This document shows positions 12,257 through 24,594 of a stretch of 64,000 bases of DNA, piece after piece. Source of the stretch: Squalus acanthias (taxonomy: Eukaryota); assembly GCA_030390025.1 (NCBI GenBank), contig CM059441.1:56234001-56298000 (forward strand), written 5' to 3'. How positions within the stretch are numbered: position 1 is the first letter of the stretch; every line of letters starts with the position of its first letter. Under the pieces are notes generated by a model. That model had not been told where the DNA came from and did no database searches. It saw only the letters and a program-made list of their open reading frames with translations. The position numbers and the translations under genes are program-made.

Positions 12257-15208
12257 ATGACAACAGAGAGGGTCATAGACATAGGTAGCAGTAGGGGAAT
12301 CACAAATCAGAGCGTGGCAGGAAGGGACAGAGTGTGTGGAGTAAAAGGTAAACTGGTAAAAAGTGAAAAAGCAGGAACTAAGTGCCACAAAGCATATTTG
12401 AAAGTTCTCTATCTGAATGCACGTAGCATTCGTAACAAAATAGACGAGTTAATGGCACAAATAACTACATATGGTTATGATATTGTGGCCATTACAGAAA
12501 CATGGCTGCAGGGTGACAATGCCTGGGAATTAAACATACCAGGTTATTTAACGATCAGGAAGGACAGGCAGGAAGGAAGGGGAGGTGGGGTGGCTATGTT
12601 AATAAAGGAAGGAATCACTGTAATACAGAGTAATGATATTGGGTCAAAAAATCATGATAATGAAACAGTTTGGGTGGAGATAAGGAATAATAAGGGGAAA
12701 AAAACATTAGTGGGCGTAGTCTATAGGCCTCCGAACAGTTGCAACTCTATTGGACGGAGTATCAATCAGGAAATAGTTGAGGCATGTAATAAGGGAACAT
12801 CTATAATTATGGGGGATTTTAACTATCATATTAATTGGACAAATCAAATGGGGCAGGGCTGCCTTGAGGATGAGTTCATTGAGTGTATTAGGGATGGGTT
12901 TCTTGAGCAGTATGTAACTGAACCGACCAGGGGGCAAGCAACCTTAGATCTGGTCCTGTGTAACGAGACAGGATTAATTAAAAATGTCCTAGTAAAGGAT
13001 CCCCTTGGAATGAGTGACCATAACATGGTTGAATTCCATATTCAATTAGAGGGTGAGAAGGTTGGATCTCAAACAAGCGTGCTAAGCTTGAATAAAGGAG
13101 ACTATGAAGGTATGCGAGCGGAATTGAGTAGAGTGGATTGGGAAAATAGATTAAAGGGTAAGACGACACATGATCAGTGGTGTACATTCAAGGAGTTATT
13201 TTACAACTTCCAAAAAATATATATTCCACTGAAAAGAAAAGGGTGTAAAAGAAAGGACAGTCATCCGTGGCTAAGTAAAGAAATTAAGGATAGTATTCGA
13301 CTAAAAACAAGGGCATATAAGGTAGCGAAATCTAGTGGGAGGACAGAGGATTGGGAAAACTTTAAAAGGCAGCAAAAAATAACAAAAAGATTGATTAAGA
13401 AAGGGAAGATAGATTATGAAAGTAAATTAGCAAAAAATATAAAAACAGATAGTAAGAGTTTTTATAGTTATATAAAAAGAAAAAGGGTGGCTAAAGTAAA
13501 TGTTGGTCCCTTAGAGGATGAGACCGGGAAATTAATGGTGGGAAATATGGAGATGGCAAAAACACTGAATGAATATTTTGTATCAGTCTTTACAGTAGAG
13601 GACACTAAGAATATCCCAACACTGGACAAACAGGGGGCTATAGGGGGAGAGGAGCTAAACACGATCAAAATCACTAAGGAAGTGGTACTCGGTAAAATAA
13701 TGGGACTCAAGGCGGATAAATCACCTGGACCTGATGGCTTACATCCTAGAGTCTTGAAGGAAGTGGCGGTAGGGATTGTAGATGCATTGGTAATAATTTT
13801 TCAAAACTCCCTGGATTCCGCTAAGGTCCCGGCAGACTGGAAAACTGCTAATGTAACACCCTTATTTAAAAAGGGCAGTAGACAGAAGGCTGGTAACTAT
13901 AGACCGGTTAGCCTAACATCTGTGGTAGGTAAAATTTTGGAGTCCATTATTAAGGAAACAGTAACAGGACATTTGGATAATCATAATTTAATAGGACAAA
14001 GTCAGCATGGTTTTACGAAGGGGAAGTCATGTTTGACAAATTTGCTGGAGTTCTTTGAGGAAGTAACATATAGAGTGGATAAAGGGGAACCAGTGGACGT
14101 AGTGTATTTAGACTTCCAAAAGGCATTTGACAAGGTGCCACACAAAAGATTATTGCTTAAGGTAAAAAATCACGGGATTGGGGGTAATATTCTGGCATGG
14201 ATAGAGGATTGGCTATCTAACAGAAAGCAAAGAGTTGGGATAAATGGTTCATTCTCAGACTGGCAATCAGTAACTAGTGGTGTTCCACAGGGGTCAGTGC
14301 TGGGTCCCCAACTCTTCACAATCTATATTAACGATTTGGAGGAAGGGACCAAGTGTAACATATCAAAATTTGCAGATGATACAAAGATGGGAGGGAAAGT
14401 AGTGAGTGAGGAGGACATAAAAAACCTGCAAGGGGACATAGACAGGCTAAGTAAGTGGGCAGAGATTTGGCAGATGGAATACAACACTGGAAAGTGTGAG
14501 GTGATGCACTTTGGCAGGAAAAATCCTAGAGCTATTTATTATCTTAATGGCAAGAAACTGGAGAGTACTGAAGTGCAAAGGGATCTGGGGGTCCTGGTGC
14601 ACGAAACTCAAAAGGTTAGTATGCAGGTGCAGCAAGTGATTAAGAAGGCAAATGGAATGTTGGCTTTCATTGCTAGGGGGATAGAATATAAAAATAGGGA
14701 GGTATTGCTTCAGTTGTACAAGGTATTGGTGAGACCGCACCTGGAATACTGCATACAGTTTTGGTGTCCTTACTTAAGGAAAGACATCCTTGCTCTCGAA
14801 GCAGTGCAAAAAAGGTTCACTCGGTTAATCCCGGGGATGAGGGGGTGGTCATATGAGGAGAGGTTGGGTAGATTGGGACTCTACTCATTGGAGTTCAGAA
14901 GAATGAGAGGCGATCTTATTGAAACATATAAGATTGTGAAGGGGTTGGATCGGGTGGATGCGGGGAGGATGTTCCCGATGACGGGTGAGACGAGAACTAG
15001 GGGACATAGTCTTAGAATAAGGGGCTGCTCTTTCAAAACTGAGATGAGGAGGAACTACTTCACTCAGAGGGTGGTAGGTCCATGGAATATGCTGCCACAA
15101 AAAGCTGTAGAAGCTACAACATTAATTAAATTTAAAACAGAAATAGACAGTTTCCTAGAAGTAAAGGGCATTAAGGGTTACGGGGAGCGGGCAGGAATTT
15201 GGACATGA
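12257..15208 (+). CDS. CR1 ORF2: APE endonuclease + reverse transcriptase, uninterrupted 983 aa
   Basis: YLNARS, ITETW, VYRPP, MGDFN, SDH (APE); [38 protein letters not shown] (RT). Confidence 0.97.
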   Translation: MTTERVIDIGSSRGITNQSVAGRDRVCGVKGKLVKSEKAGTKCHKAYLKVLYLNARSIRNKIDELMAQITTYGYDIVAITETWLQGDNAWELNIPGYLTIRKDRQEGRGGGVAMLIKEGITVIQSNDIGSKNHDNETVWVEIRNNKGKKTLVGVVYRPPNSCNSIGRSINQEIVEACNKGTSIIMGDFNYHINWTNQMGQGCLEDEFIECIRDGFLEQYVTEPTRGQATLDLVLCNETGLIKNVLVKDPLGMSDHNMVEFHIQLEGEKVGSQTSVLSLNKGDYEGMRAELSRVDWENRLKGKTTHDQWCTFKELFYNFQKIYIPLKRKGCKRKDSHPWLSKEIKDSIRLKTRAYKVAKSSGRTEDWENFKRQQKITKRLIKKGKIDYESKLAKNIKTDSKSFYSYIKRKRVAKVNVGPLEDETGKLMVGNMEMAKTLNEYFVSVFTVEDTKNIPTLDKQGAIGGEELNTIKITKEVVLGKIMGLKADKSPGPDGLHPRVLKEVAVGIVDALVIIFQNSLDSAKVPADWKTANVTPLFKKGSRQKAGNYRPVSLTSVVGKILESIIKETVTGHLDNHNLIGQSQHGFTKGKSCLTNLLEFFEEVTYRVDKGEPVDVVYLDFQKAFDKVPHKRLLLKVKNHGIGGNILAWIEDWLSNRKQRVGINGSFSDWQSVTSGVPQGSVLGPQLFTIYINDLEEGTKCNISKFADDTKMGGKVVSEEDIKNLQGDIDRLSKWAEIWQMEYNTGKCEVMHFGRKNPRAIYYLNGKKLESTEVQRDLGVLVHETQKVSMQVQQVIKKANGMLAFIARGIEYKNREVLLQLYKVLVRPHLEYCIQFWCPYLRKDILALEAVQKRFTRLIPGMRGWSYEERLGRLGLYSLEFRRMRGDLIETYKIVKGLDRVDAGRMFPMTGETRTRGHSLRIRGCSFKTEMRRNYFTQRVVGPWNMLPQKAVEATTLIKFKTEIDSFLEVKGIKGYGERAGIWT

Positions 15209-16613
15209 GTCTAGGTTCGGATCGGTCATGGCCCTGTGGGTAGTGGAGCGGGCCCAGGGACTGTGTAGCCTGATTCTGCTCCTATTTCGTGTGTGAAATT
15301 CTGTTAGATGCAGGAGATGGTTCTGTGATAGATAGTAGATTGGCGGTTAGGATCAGATCAGCCATGATCTTATTGAATGGCGGAGCAGGCTCGAGGGGCC
15401 GATTGGCCTACTCCTGCTCCTATTTCTTATGTTCTTATGTTCTTATGTTTCCGGTTGGCAAACGGTAACTAGTGGGGTGCCAACTATTTACAATCTACAT
15501 TAATGACTTGGATGAAGGGACCGAGTGTAATGTAGCCAAGTTTGCGGATGATACAAAGATGGGTGGGAAAGCAAGTTGTGCAGAGGACTCAAAGTACCTG
15601 CAAAGGGATATAGACAGGCTAAGTGAGTGGGCAAACATTTGGCAGATGGAGTATAATGTGGGAACGTGCAAGGTTATACACTTTGGCAGGAAAAATAAAA
15701 AAGCAAATTATTATTTAAATGGAGAGAGATTACAAAATGCTACAGTTCAGAGGGACCTGGCGGTCCTTGTGCATGAAACACAAAAAGTTAGCATGCAGGT
15801 ACAGCAAGTAATCAAAAAGGCAAATGGAATGTTGGCCTTTATTTCAAAGGGGTTGGAGTATAAAAGCAGGGAAGTTCTGCTACAACTGTACAGGGTATTG
15901 GTGAGACCACACCTCGAGTACTGCGTACAGTTTTGGTCTCCTTATTTAAGGAAGGATATACTTGCATTGGACGCAGTTCAGAGATGATTCACTAGGTTAA
16001 TTCCAGAGATGAGGGGGTTGACTTATGAGGAAAGGTTGAGCAGGCTGGGCCTATACTCATTGGAATTTAGAAGAATGAGAGGTGATCTTATTGAAACATA
16101 TAAGATACTGAGGGGGCTCGACAGGGTGATGCAGAGAGGATGTTTCCCCTCGTGGGGAAATCTAGAACGCGGGGGCACAGTTTTAGAATAAAGGGTCGCC
16201 CTTTTAGAACTGAGATGAGGAGGAATTTCTTCTCTCAGAGGGTCGTAAATCTGTGAATTCTCTGCCCCAGAGAGCTGTGGAGGCTGGGTCATTAAATACA
16301 TTAAAGGTGGAGATAGACAAATTTTTGCAAGATAAGGGAGTGAAGGGTTATGGGGAGCGGGCGGGGAAGTGGCTTTGAGCCCAAGATCAGCCATGATCTT
16401 ATTGAATGGCGGAGCAGGCTCGAGGGGCCAAGTGGCCTATTCCTGCTCCTATTTCTTATGTTCTTATGTCCAACACAAAACTGCTCTTTAAGGAGCAAGT
16501 TGAGGCAACACTATAGTTTGTGATTCTTAGCCATTATAAGCCATCACAGCTAGAGCCTTTCCATGACTTGACTGTCATGGTTTTAAACATCTCTGGGGAT
16601 AGTCTCTGCCCCA

Positions 16614-17760
16614 TTTCAGAACAAGCTACCCACCATTGCAACAGGATGTAAAATAGGACTGATGGTGGCGATATATTATACAATTATATTATCTATCTGT
16701 AGGTATAGTAGTTCTCTCATGGCATTGCTTCCAGTGAGTTGGAGGATATGCTATGTTTTATTTAATTATATGGTGTTACTAATAAAATGTGACAAGAAAG
16801 TGTGATGGGAAAGTGTGACACTTCCAGGACGTGCATGCTTTTCTCAAGACTTTCGTCCTATATGCAGATCTGTAAGGACCTCTGTTACTGTTGAACTTCC
16901 TTGCTTTCTTGCTCAGTAAGTTTCACAGATGAGGATCTGCCGAGCAGCAGCCTTGACATTGGATTTCTATCAGGTCCTATACCTTCCCTTTATACTTTAG
17001 ATTTTTTGTGATCATTATTTATTATCAGTGCACTTTACTATTCCTATGGTGCAATCATGGACAAAATGATGCTTGGTACAACTTTCCATGGCATGTGATC
17101 CCTGCATGAATAGCTCTAGGTTTCCGTTTGGCTCTGCCCATTGGCACACTCCCTGTCTACTTGCCCTCCCACTACTGAAAAGTACTAGAGTTCAGAATCA
17201 AGCCCACCTTTAGCAGTGAGACATTGGATAGCATCACCTTGTTCATTTTCCTTTACACTGCATTCCTCACACTTCAAATTGAGAATTGTCTCATTTGTTA
17301 TTGACTAATACTTCTGTTGTTTAAATGCTTAGTGTGCATGATTTTAAAAGGCATCAAGAGGTACATTTCAAAGAGCCTATACTACAGGCACAGCTGGTTC
17401 TAGTAACAAGTTTAAGACCATAATTAGACTGTTTGCAAGGATTTCTGTAGCTACAATATTCCTCTCTACCTTTATTCACAGATACACATTACTCAATTTT
17501 GGTTTTGCTTTCTTGCCCAAAAAGGACTGAGATAATCCAAGTAAAAGTTAGAATTATATTAGCATCTCAGAACTGCACCTTTGCTACCTAATTCAGCAAT
17601 GATATTTATTAAATATATTAGAAAAATAAAAGTGTTACACACTAGCAACTTGCAAATGTTCAGTGTAATAGAGCACAAGAAACGAGCAGACATAGTTAGG
17701 AGATTGTTTCAAGTTTCGGAACAAGCTACCCACCATTGCAGCAGGATGTAAATTAGGACT
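16614..17760 (+). repeat. 47-bp dispersed direct repeat pair (16614-16660 and 17714-17760)
   Basis: tttc(a/g)gaacaagctacccaccattgca(a/g)caggatgtaaa(a/t)taggact, 3 mismatches, exactly 1100 bp apart. Confidence 0.85.
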
Positions 17761-18632
17761 TTTAAATTAGCGGAAAAAAGTAAAGGTAAAAAAGTTATAT
17801 AACCATCCGTTCACTGCAAAAGTAAAATTGTCTGACTCCAGGTGATGGCCCAGAAGGTTGTGATCAGGAAACGGGAGACTTATGGGTACATTTGAGAGCT
17901 TCTTGTAAATTTAGGGAGGCTGAGGGGCTAGAAACTGTAAATAACAGTTGCGAAGACCCGATAATCCTGACTGGTGCTTATGCTGGCTTTGCAGTCACAT
18001 GCAGTGGTTTTCACCTATCTGACGGATGTACAAAAAATATGTTAACTTGGGAGACCCACCAAAGCTAGCAGCAAGGGTCAGCAAGTATTGTAAGAACAAC
18101 TGGGCTGCTGGCTTATGCTGGTTAACCTGAGTGAATCATCAAAATTCAACATGTGCACCTTTGCTTTCATCTTTGATTACCTATAATTTTCCTACGCTGA
18201 ATAATAACAAAGGAGATTTAGGGGGCTGTACAGACTCTCAAAACCTGCCTTATTTCAAAATATTCTTCGGGTAATTCCCAAATTTTTTTCTTGTTTGTTT
18301 TTTATTAGGATGCAGAAATGCTCCAGCATCTGCTAAAGAGTTAAAAGTCTTCATAATAAAACTTTGAATAATTATATGTAATGTAAATAAAGTCAGATGT
18401 GCTATTTGTGCCAAAGGCTGGAGGCAGCTTCACGAGGTATGGAGATCACTTGTACTGCAGATCAGTGCTGGGCTGTTCGCCGACTTTGACATACCTTTGT
18501 TGACCCATAATCAGTGTATCAGGGTATTGCAGAGGCTTGTAATCTCAGAAGCACACCTATAATAAGATACAATTTAGAAAGCCTCTTTCTGCACACACAG
18601 TTTTTTAGTTTTAACAAAAAAAAATTAAAACA

Positions 18633-20237
18633 TTTTTTTTATTCGTTTATGGGATCTGGGCACCGCTGGCAAGACCAGCATTTATTGCCCATCCCTAGTT
18701 GCCCTTGAGAAGGTGGTGGTGAGCCGCCTTCCTGAACCGCTGCAGTCCGTGTGGTGATGGTATTCCCACAGTGCTGTTAGGGAGGGAATTCCAGGATTTT
18801 GACCCAGCGACAATGAAGGATCGGCGATATACTTCCAAGTCAGGATGGTGTGTGACTTGGAGGTGGTGGTGTTCCCATGCGCCTGCTGCCCTTGTCCTTC
18901 TAGGTGGAAGAGGTCGCGGGTTTGGGAGGTGCTGCCGAAGAAGCAGTGTTGCTGCAGTGCATCTTGTAGATGGTACACACTGCAGCCACGGTACGCCGGT
19001 GGTGAATGGGGTGCCAATCAAACGGGCTGCTTTGTCCTGGATGGTGTCGAGCTTCTTGAGTGTTGTTGGAGCTGCACTCATCCAGGCCAGTGGAGAGTAT
19101 TCCATCACACTCCTTACTTGTGCCTTGTAGATGGGGAGTCAGGAGGTGAGACACTCATGGATGCCCAGTTTTGAGCTGCTAGATCTGTTCTGAATCCATC
19201 CCATTTAGCAAGGTGATAGTGCCACACAACACGATGGAGGGTGTTCTCAGTGTGAAGACGGGACTTCGTCTCCACAATGACTGTGCGACATTGCTGTCAT
19301 GGACAGATAGATTGGTGAGGACGAGGTCAAGTAGGTTTTTCCCTCGTGTTGGTTCACTCACCACCTGTCACAGGCCCAGACTCGCAGTTATGTCCTTCAG
19401 GACTCTGCCAGCAGTGGTGCTACCGAGCCACTCTTGGTGATGGACATTGAAGTCCCCCACCCAGAGTACATTCTGTGCTACTCTCAGTGCTTCTTCCAAG
19501 TGGTGTTCAACATGGAGGAGTACTGATTCATCAGCTGAGGGAGGGCGGTAATCAGCAGGAGGTTACCTTGCCCATGCTTGACCTGAAGCCATGAGACTTC
19601 ATGGGGTCCGGAGTCAATGTTGAGGACTCCCAGGGCCATTCCTTCCCGACTGTATACCACTGTGCCACCACCCCTGGTGGGTCTGTCCTGCCAGTGGATG
19701 GTGATAGAGGAGTTTGGGACATTGGCTGAAAGATATGATTCTGTGAGTATGACTAGGTTGCTTGACTAGCCTGTGGGACAGCTCTCCCAATTTTGGCACA
19801 AGTCCCCAGATGTTGGTGAGGAGGACTTTGCAGAGTTGACTGGGCGTGCCGTTGCCGTGTCCGGTGCCGAGTGGTTCGTCCGGTTTCATTCTTATTATTT
19901 TGTTTCGTAGCGGTTAGTTACAACTGAGTGGCTTGCTAGGCCATTTCAGAGGCAGTTAAGAGTCAACCACATTGCTGTGGGTCTGGAGTCACATATAGGC
20001 TAGACCAGGTAAGGACGGCAGATTTCCTTCCCTAAAGGACATTAGTGAACCAGATGGGTTTTTACGACAATCCAATAGTTTAATTACTGATACTAGCTTT
20101 TTATTCCAGATTTATTTAATTAACTGAATTTAAATTCCCCAGCTGCCGTGGTGGGATTTGAACTCGTGTCTCTGGATCATTAGTCCAGGCCTCTGGATTA
20201 CTAGCTCAGTGACATTACCACTATGCTACCATTCCCT
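18633..20237 (-). mobile_element. internally deleted non-LTR retroelement with a tRNA-like Pol III head
   Basis: Minus strand: A box TGGTAGCATAGTGG (20231-20218), B box GAGTTCAAATCC (~20165-20154), APE remnants (TNIWGL, GDFN-like, EPTRGKNLLDLVLTN), ORF2 C-terminus (MEYSPLAW...LDTIQDKAARLI), poly(A) tail. Confidence 0.8.
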
Positions 20238-20636
20238 ATATAAACATTGGCTTCACAACTCCTCGCTAACCTATAATTAAATTCAATCAAAATACTTCCC
20301 TAATGAGATAAACAAGGCAGTTACTAAAGGGCATTTCAGCACGTCTTACCTAGACTCGATTTAAATTATACCAGAATGATGTCCAAACTCTCCATCTTTT
20401 AACCTTCTATGGGCTCCAGTGGTGAATGAGGATCTTCAATAATTTGTTTTTTTCTTAATTTCAAAATGTTATTCTGCTTGGCTTCCTACACCACAAAACA
20501 TTTTGTAACTGAGTAAGGGCCTCTCAGATCTGCTGCTAACCAAGAACATGGGCAATGACATTCTTGAACTTGCTTCAAGAAGGGGTGCAAAGGTTTTTAA
20601 TATAGATAAATTATCCCATTTTTTTCCCTGTGGAAG

Positions 20637-22525
20637 GAAGCTTGCAGAGAACATTAAAATGGACTGCAAAAGCTTCTATAAATATGTAAAAAGAAAGAGG
20701 TTAGTAAAAACAAACGTAGGTCCCCTGCAGTCGGAAACAGGGGAAGTCGTAATGGGGAACAAGGAAATGGCAGATCAATTGAACAAGTACTTTGGTTCGG
20801 TGTTTACTGTGGAGGACACACACAACCTGCCGGAAATAAAAGGGGTCAGAGGATCTGGTAAGAGGGAGGAGCTGAGGGAAATCCTTATTAGTCGGGAAAA
20901 GGTATTGGGGAAATTGATGGGACTGAAGGCTGAAAAATCCCCGGGGCCTGATGGTCTGCATCCCAGAGTACTTAAGGAGGTAGCCTTGGAAATAGTGGAT
21001 GCATTGACGATCATTTTCCAACATTCCTTAGACTCTGGATCAGTTCCGATGGAATGGAGGGTGGCCAATGTAACCCCTCTTTTTAAAAAAGGAGGGAGGG
21101 AGAAAGCAGGGAATTATAGACCGGTCAGCCTGACATCGGTCGTGGGTAAAATGATGGAAGCAATTATTAAAGATGTCATAACAGACCATTTGGAAAGTGG
21201 CGACATGATAGGTCCAAGTCAGCATGGATTTGTGAAAGGGAAATCATGCTTGACAAATCTTCTGGAATTTTTTGAGGATGTTTCCAATAGGGTGGACAGG
21301 GGGGAACCAGTAGATGTGGTGTATTTGGACTTTCAGAAGGCCTTCGACAAGGTCCCACACAAGAGATTGGTGAGCAAAGTTAAAGCACATGGGATTGGGG
21401 GTAATGTGTTGACGTGGATTGAGAACTGGTTGGGACACAGGAAACAAAGAGTAGGAGTAAATGGGTACTTTTCAGAATGGCAGGCAGTGACCAGCGGGGT
21501 ACCGCAGGGTTCGGTGCTGGGACCCCAGCTGTTTACATTATATATTAATGATTTGGACGAAGGGATTAAATGTAATATCTCCAAATTTGCGGATGACACT
21601 AAATTGGGAGGCAGTGTGAACAATGAGGAGGATGCTAGGAGGCTACAGAGTGACTTGGACAGGTTGGGTGAATGGGCAAATGTATGGCAGATGAAGTACA
21701 ATGTGGATAAATGTGAGGTTATCCACTTTGGTGGTAAAAATAGAGAGGCGGACTATTACCTGAATGGTGGCAGATTAGGGAAAGGGGACGTGCAACGAGA
21801 CCTGGGCGTCATGGTACATCAGTCACTGAAGGTGGGAATGCAAGTGCAGCAGGCAGTCAAGAAAGCAAACGGAATGATGGCCTTCATAGCAAGGGGATTT
21901 GAGTACAGGAGTAGGGAGGTGATGCTACAGTTGTACAGGGCCTTGGTGAGACCACACCTGGAGTATTGTGCGCAGTTTTGGTCTCCTAACTTAAGGAAGG
22001 ACATTCTTGCTATTGAGGGAGTGCAGCGAAGGTTCACTAGATTGATTCCTGGGATGGCCGGACTGACATATCAAGAAAGATTGGGTCAACTGAACTTGTA
22101 TCCTCTGGAGTTCAGAAGAATGAGGGGGGATCTTATAGAGACATTTAAAATCCTGACTGGTTTAGACAAATTAGATGCGGGCAGAATGTTCCCAATGGTA
22201 GGGAAAACTAGAACCAGGGGTCACAGTCTAAGGATTAAGGGGAAGCCATTTAGGACTGAGCTGAGGAGGAACTTCTTCACCCAGAGAGTGGTGAATCTAT
22301 GGAATTCTCTTCCACAGAAGGTTGTTGAGGCCAGTTCGCTAAATATATTCAAAAGGGAGTTAGATATAACACTCACAACTAAGGGGATCAAGGGGTATGG
22401 CGAGAAAGCAGGAATGGGGTACTGAGGTAGCATGTTCAGCCATGAACGCATTGAATGGCGGTGCAGGCTCGAAGGACCGAATGGTCTACTCCTGTACCTA
22501 TTTTCTATGTTTCTATGTTTCTATG
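20637..22525 (+). mobile_element. 5'-truncated CR1 LINE with an uninterrupted RT frame (ORF 20548..22425)
   Basis: Complete RT motifs including FADD; (TTTCTATG)3 tail. Confidence 0.95.
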
Positions 22526-24594
22526 AACTGTTGTATGGAAATTTATCAGTTGTACATTTCAATGTAATATACTGTTCATGGAATCATACGCCAACAAGAG
22601 TTGGAGCCTTCAGTAGAGCAGAAAAATCGCAGGTTTTACAGAGAGAAAAGCTGTTTGCAGACTAGATTTTGAACTCTGGAATATCCTTCAGCACCCAGTG
22701 GAAATGATTCCTCTATATAAATGGGTAGCAGGGTTCCATTGCAGAACAATATACTTGTCTCTCTAGGCTGAACTTATGATGGAGGCCTGGGACAAAGTGC
22801 AAATGGGCATTACAGTATTAACGTCCCCTGAGTATTGTTGCAAAAGTAGTTAAAATTATAGTTTGCCACTAACTGCTTGTGATGTGAAAGTGGGTGTTTC
22901 CCCCTGAAGGTATTTAAAAGTACTGCAGGTGTTGCATTAAATAATATCAAAGCTTCAATAACCGTTTAAACTAATTTCTGTCATGTTTCAACAAAACTTA
23001 ATTTATTCTTGTACATAAGTTCAGAAATTTAAACCAACCCTGCAGGCATCGCATTAAGAATGTCGAACCCTTTATATGAAAGTTTTATTTGCACTTGTTT
23101 ATTACACTTCTTAAAGCGCTGAGATTAACCCTGAATTTCCTTAATTGTACTGCATCCCGTACCAGCATACTTATGCATACGGTGCAGGATACTAAGCTTT
23201 ACGTCACCTAATCATAACTTCTTAATTTACCTCATTCCGTCTCTCTCCAGAAGATTTCAATTTGTGTCTTGATCACAGTTCGTTTTTTGTCTTTATTTTA
23301 TTAATGTGTGCTGCTGTAGTCAGTGCTTCTCCCAACTTTCCTGTCTTCCTTCTAAACCCCAATACATCGACCTATACACTCTTCCTCCACCCTACATTCT
23401 CTTACTCTAACACATTGTTTCTCATGACATCAAAACTATGGAACTCATCTCCCTCAATCTTGCTCTCCTTCTATAAACCCAATCACTATGTCCTGATTTG
23501 CCTCATCTGCTCTCCTACTTCTTCCAACCTCGATACTATCCTGCACAGAGCCTTGCATGACAGGAGTGCATTTTGGGATTTTGGTGTGCCGATCACCCTG
23601 ACCAATTCACAGACACATGATTTTCATCTAAAAGAAGTTCTGCACTAGGAGCACTCAATCTTAAAATTTAGCCCACATTATGCTCACTCTGCTTTTTCAC
23701 TATCATTTTCTCCATTTAATCCTCCTCTCCTGAAGGCAGTGATTTATGCTGGGCTATGCTTCATTTGGTACTGTTGGCCTCTGGTATCTCTTCCAAGTGG
23801 ACATTCTTCATGTCTGAACTCCATCAACCGCTGTGGTCATCACCAAGCTAATCTTCATCCAGTGTCCACACATGTCCAGTAGCGAGAGTGGCTAGATTTT
23901 GATCAAGAATGGGAATTTTGGTCAATTTTCTCTTTGGCCTCTGTCTTTGTAATGTGGTGGCGCTAATGTCACACTGGTAATCCATCCGAGATCAGCACAT
24001 TTAGTACTGAACTAGGACAGATAATCTGGTTTTTATGTATCTAATACAGCATTTCTACCTACTTTTTTTTTTTACTATTCACATGCTCATAACCTTAGTT
24101 AAAAGCTGTTGATTATCTTTGTGAAATTAAAGGCAAACAGCAGAGCTGCTGCTTTCATTTACTTTTTGTCATTTATTTTCTTAACTTCCTTACTTTTGCC
24201 CAGCAGTCAACCTGTTGCCAGGGCTTGCTGTTCAGCTACCTACTCAAGCGAACAAGATCAGCCTGGAGTATCTAGCCCTCTGATCATATCAACTGTGCAT
24301 GAAAGTGCCTTGATTCACCTTGGGATATCCTTCTGCTGACGGTCAAGAAATGGTGATTGTGCGCAATCATGGCTCTAACGCTGTACCCAGAATACCATAA
24401 CACAATGACTTGGAACACATTAGATCTTCTGTTGTACCCTCCCATATGTTTTCTTGTTCTGCATGCTGTATGGATCTGTGTGAGAACAATGAATCATGCT
24501 TTGGTTGGGGTGGCGTGGGAGGGAGGGACCGACCGAGTGCTGGGTGCTGTGATGAGACGATTGTAGAACTCTTTTGAAGGATGTATATATAGGC

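Larger units (their letters stand above)
11173..15447 (+). mobile_element. near full-length CR1 LINE with intact ORF1 and ORF2
   Basis: Partial 5' UTR, ORF1, ORF2, 3' hairpin and (TTCTTATG)3 tail; inserted inside another CR1. Confidence 0.95.
10888..16469 (+). mobile_element. older 5'-truncated CR1 LINE (10888-11172 + 15450-16469) split by a younger CR1
   Basis: RT reading frame [15 protein letters not shown]...GINGSF resumes as SGWQTVTSGV at 15450; FADD motif; internal stop codons; (TTCTTATG)n tail. Confidence 0.93.

Noticed and set aside
11487-15100. Antisense ORFs overlapping CR1 ORFs (also at 20701-22451 and 44734-47421)
   Set aside because: Shadow frames of LINE coding sequence
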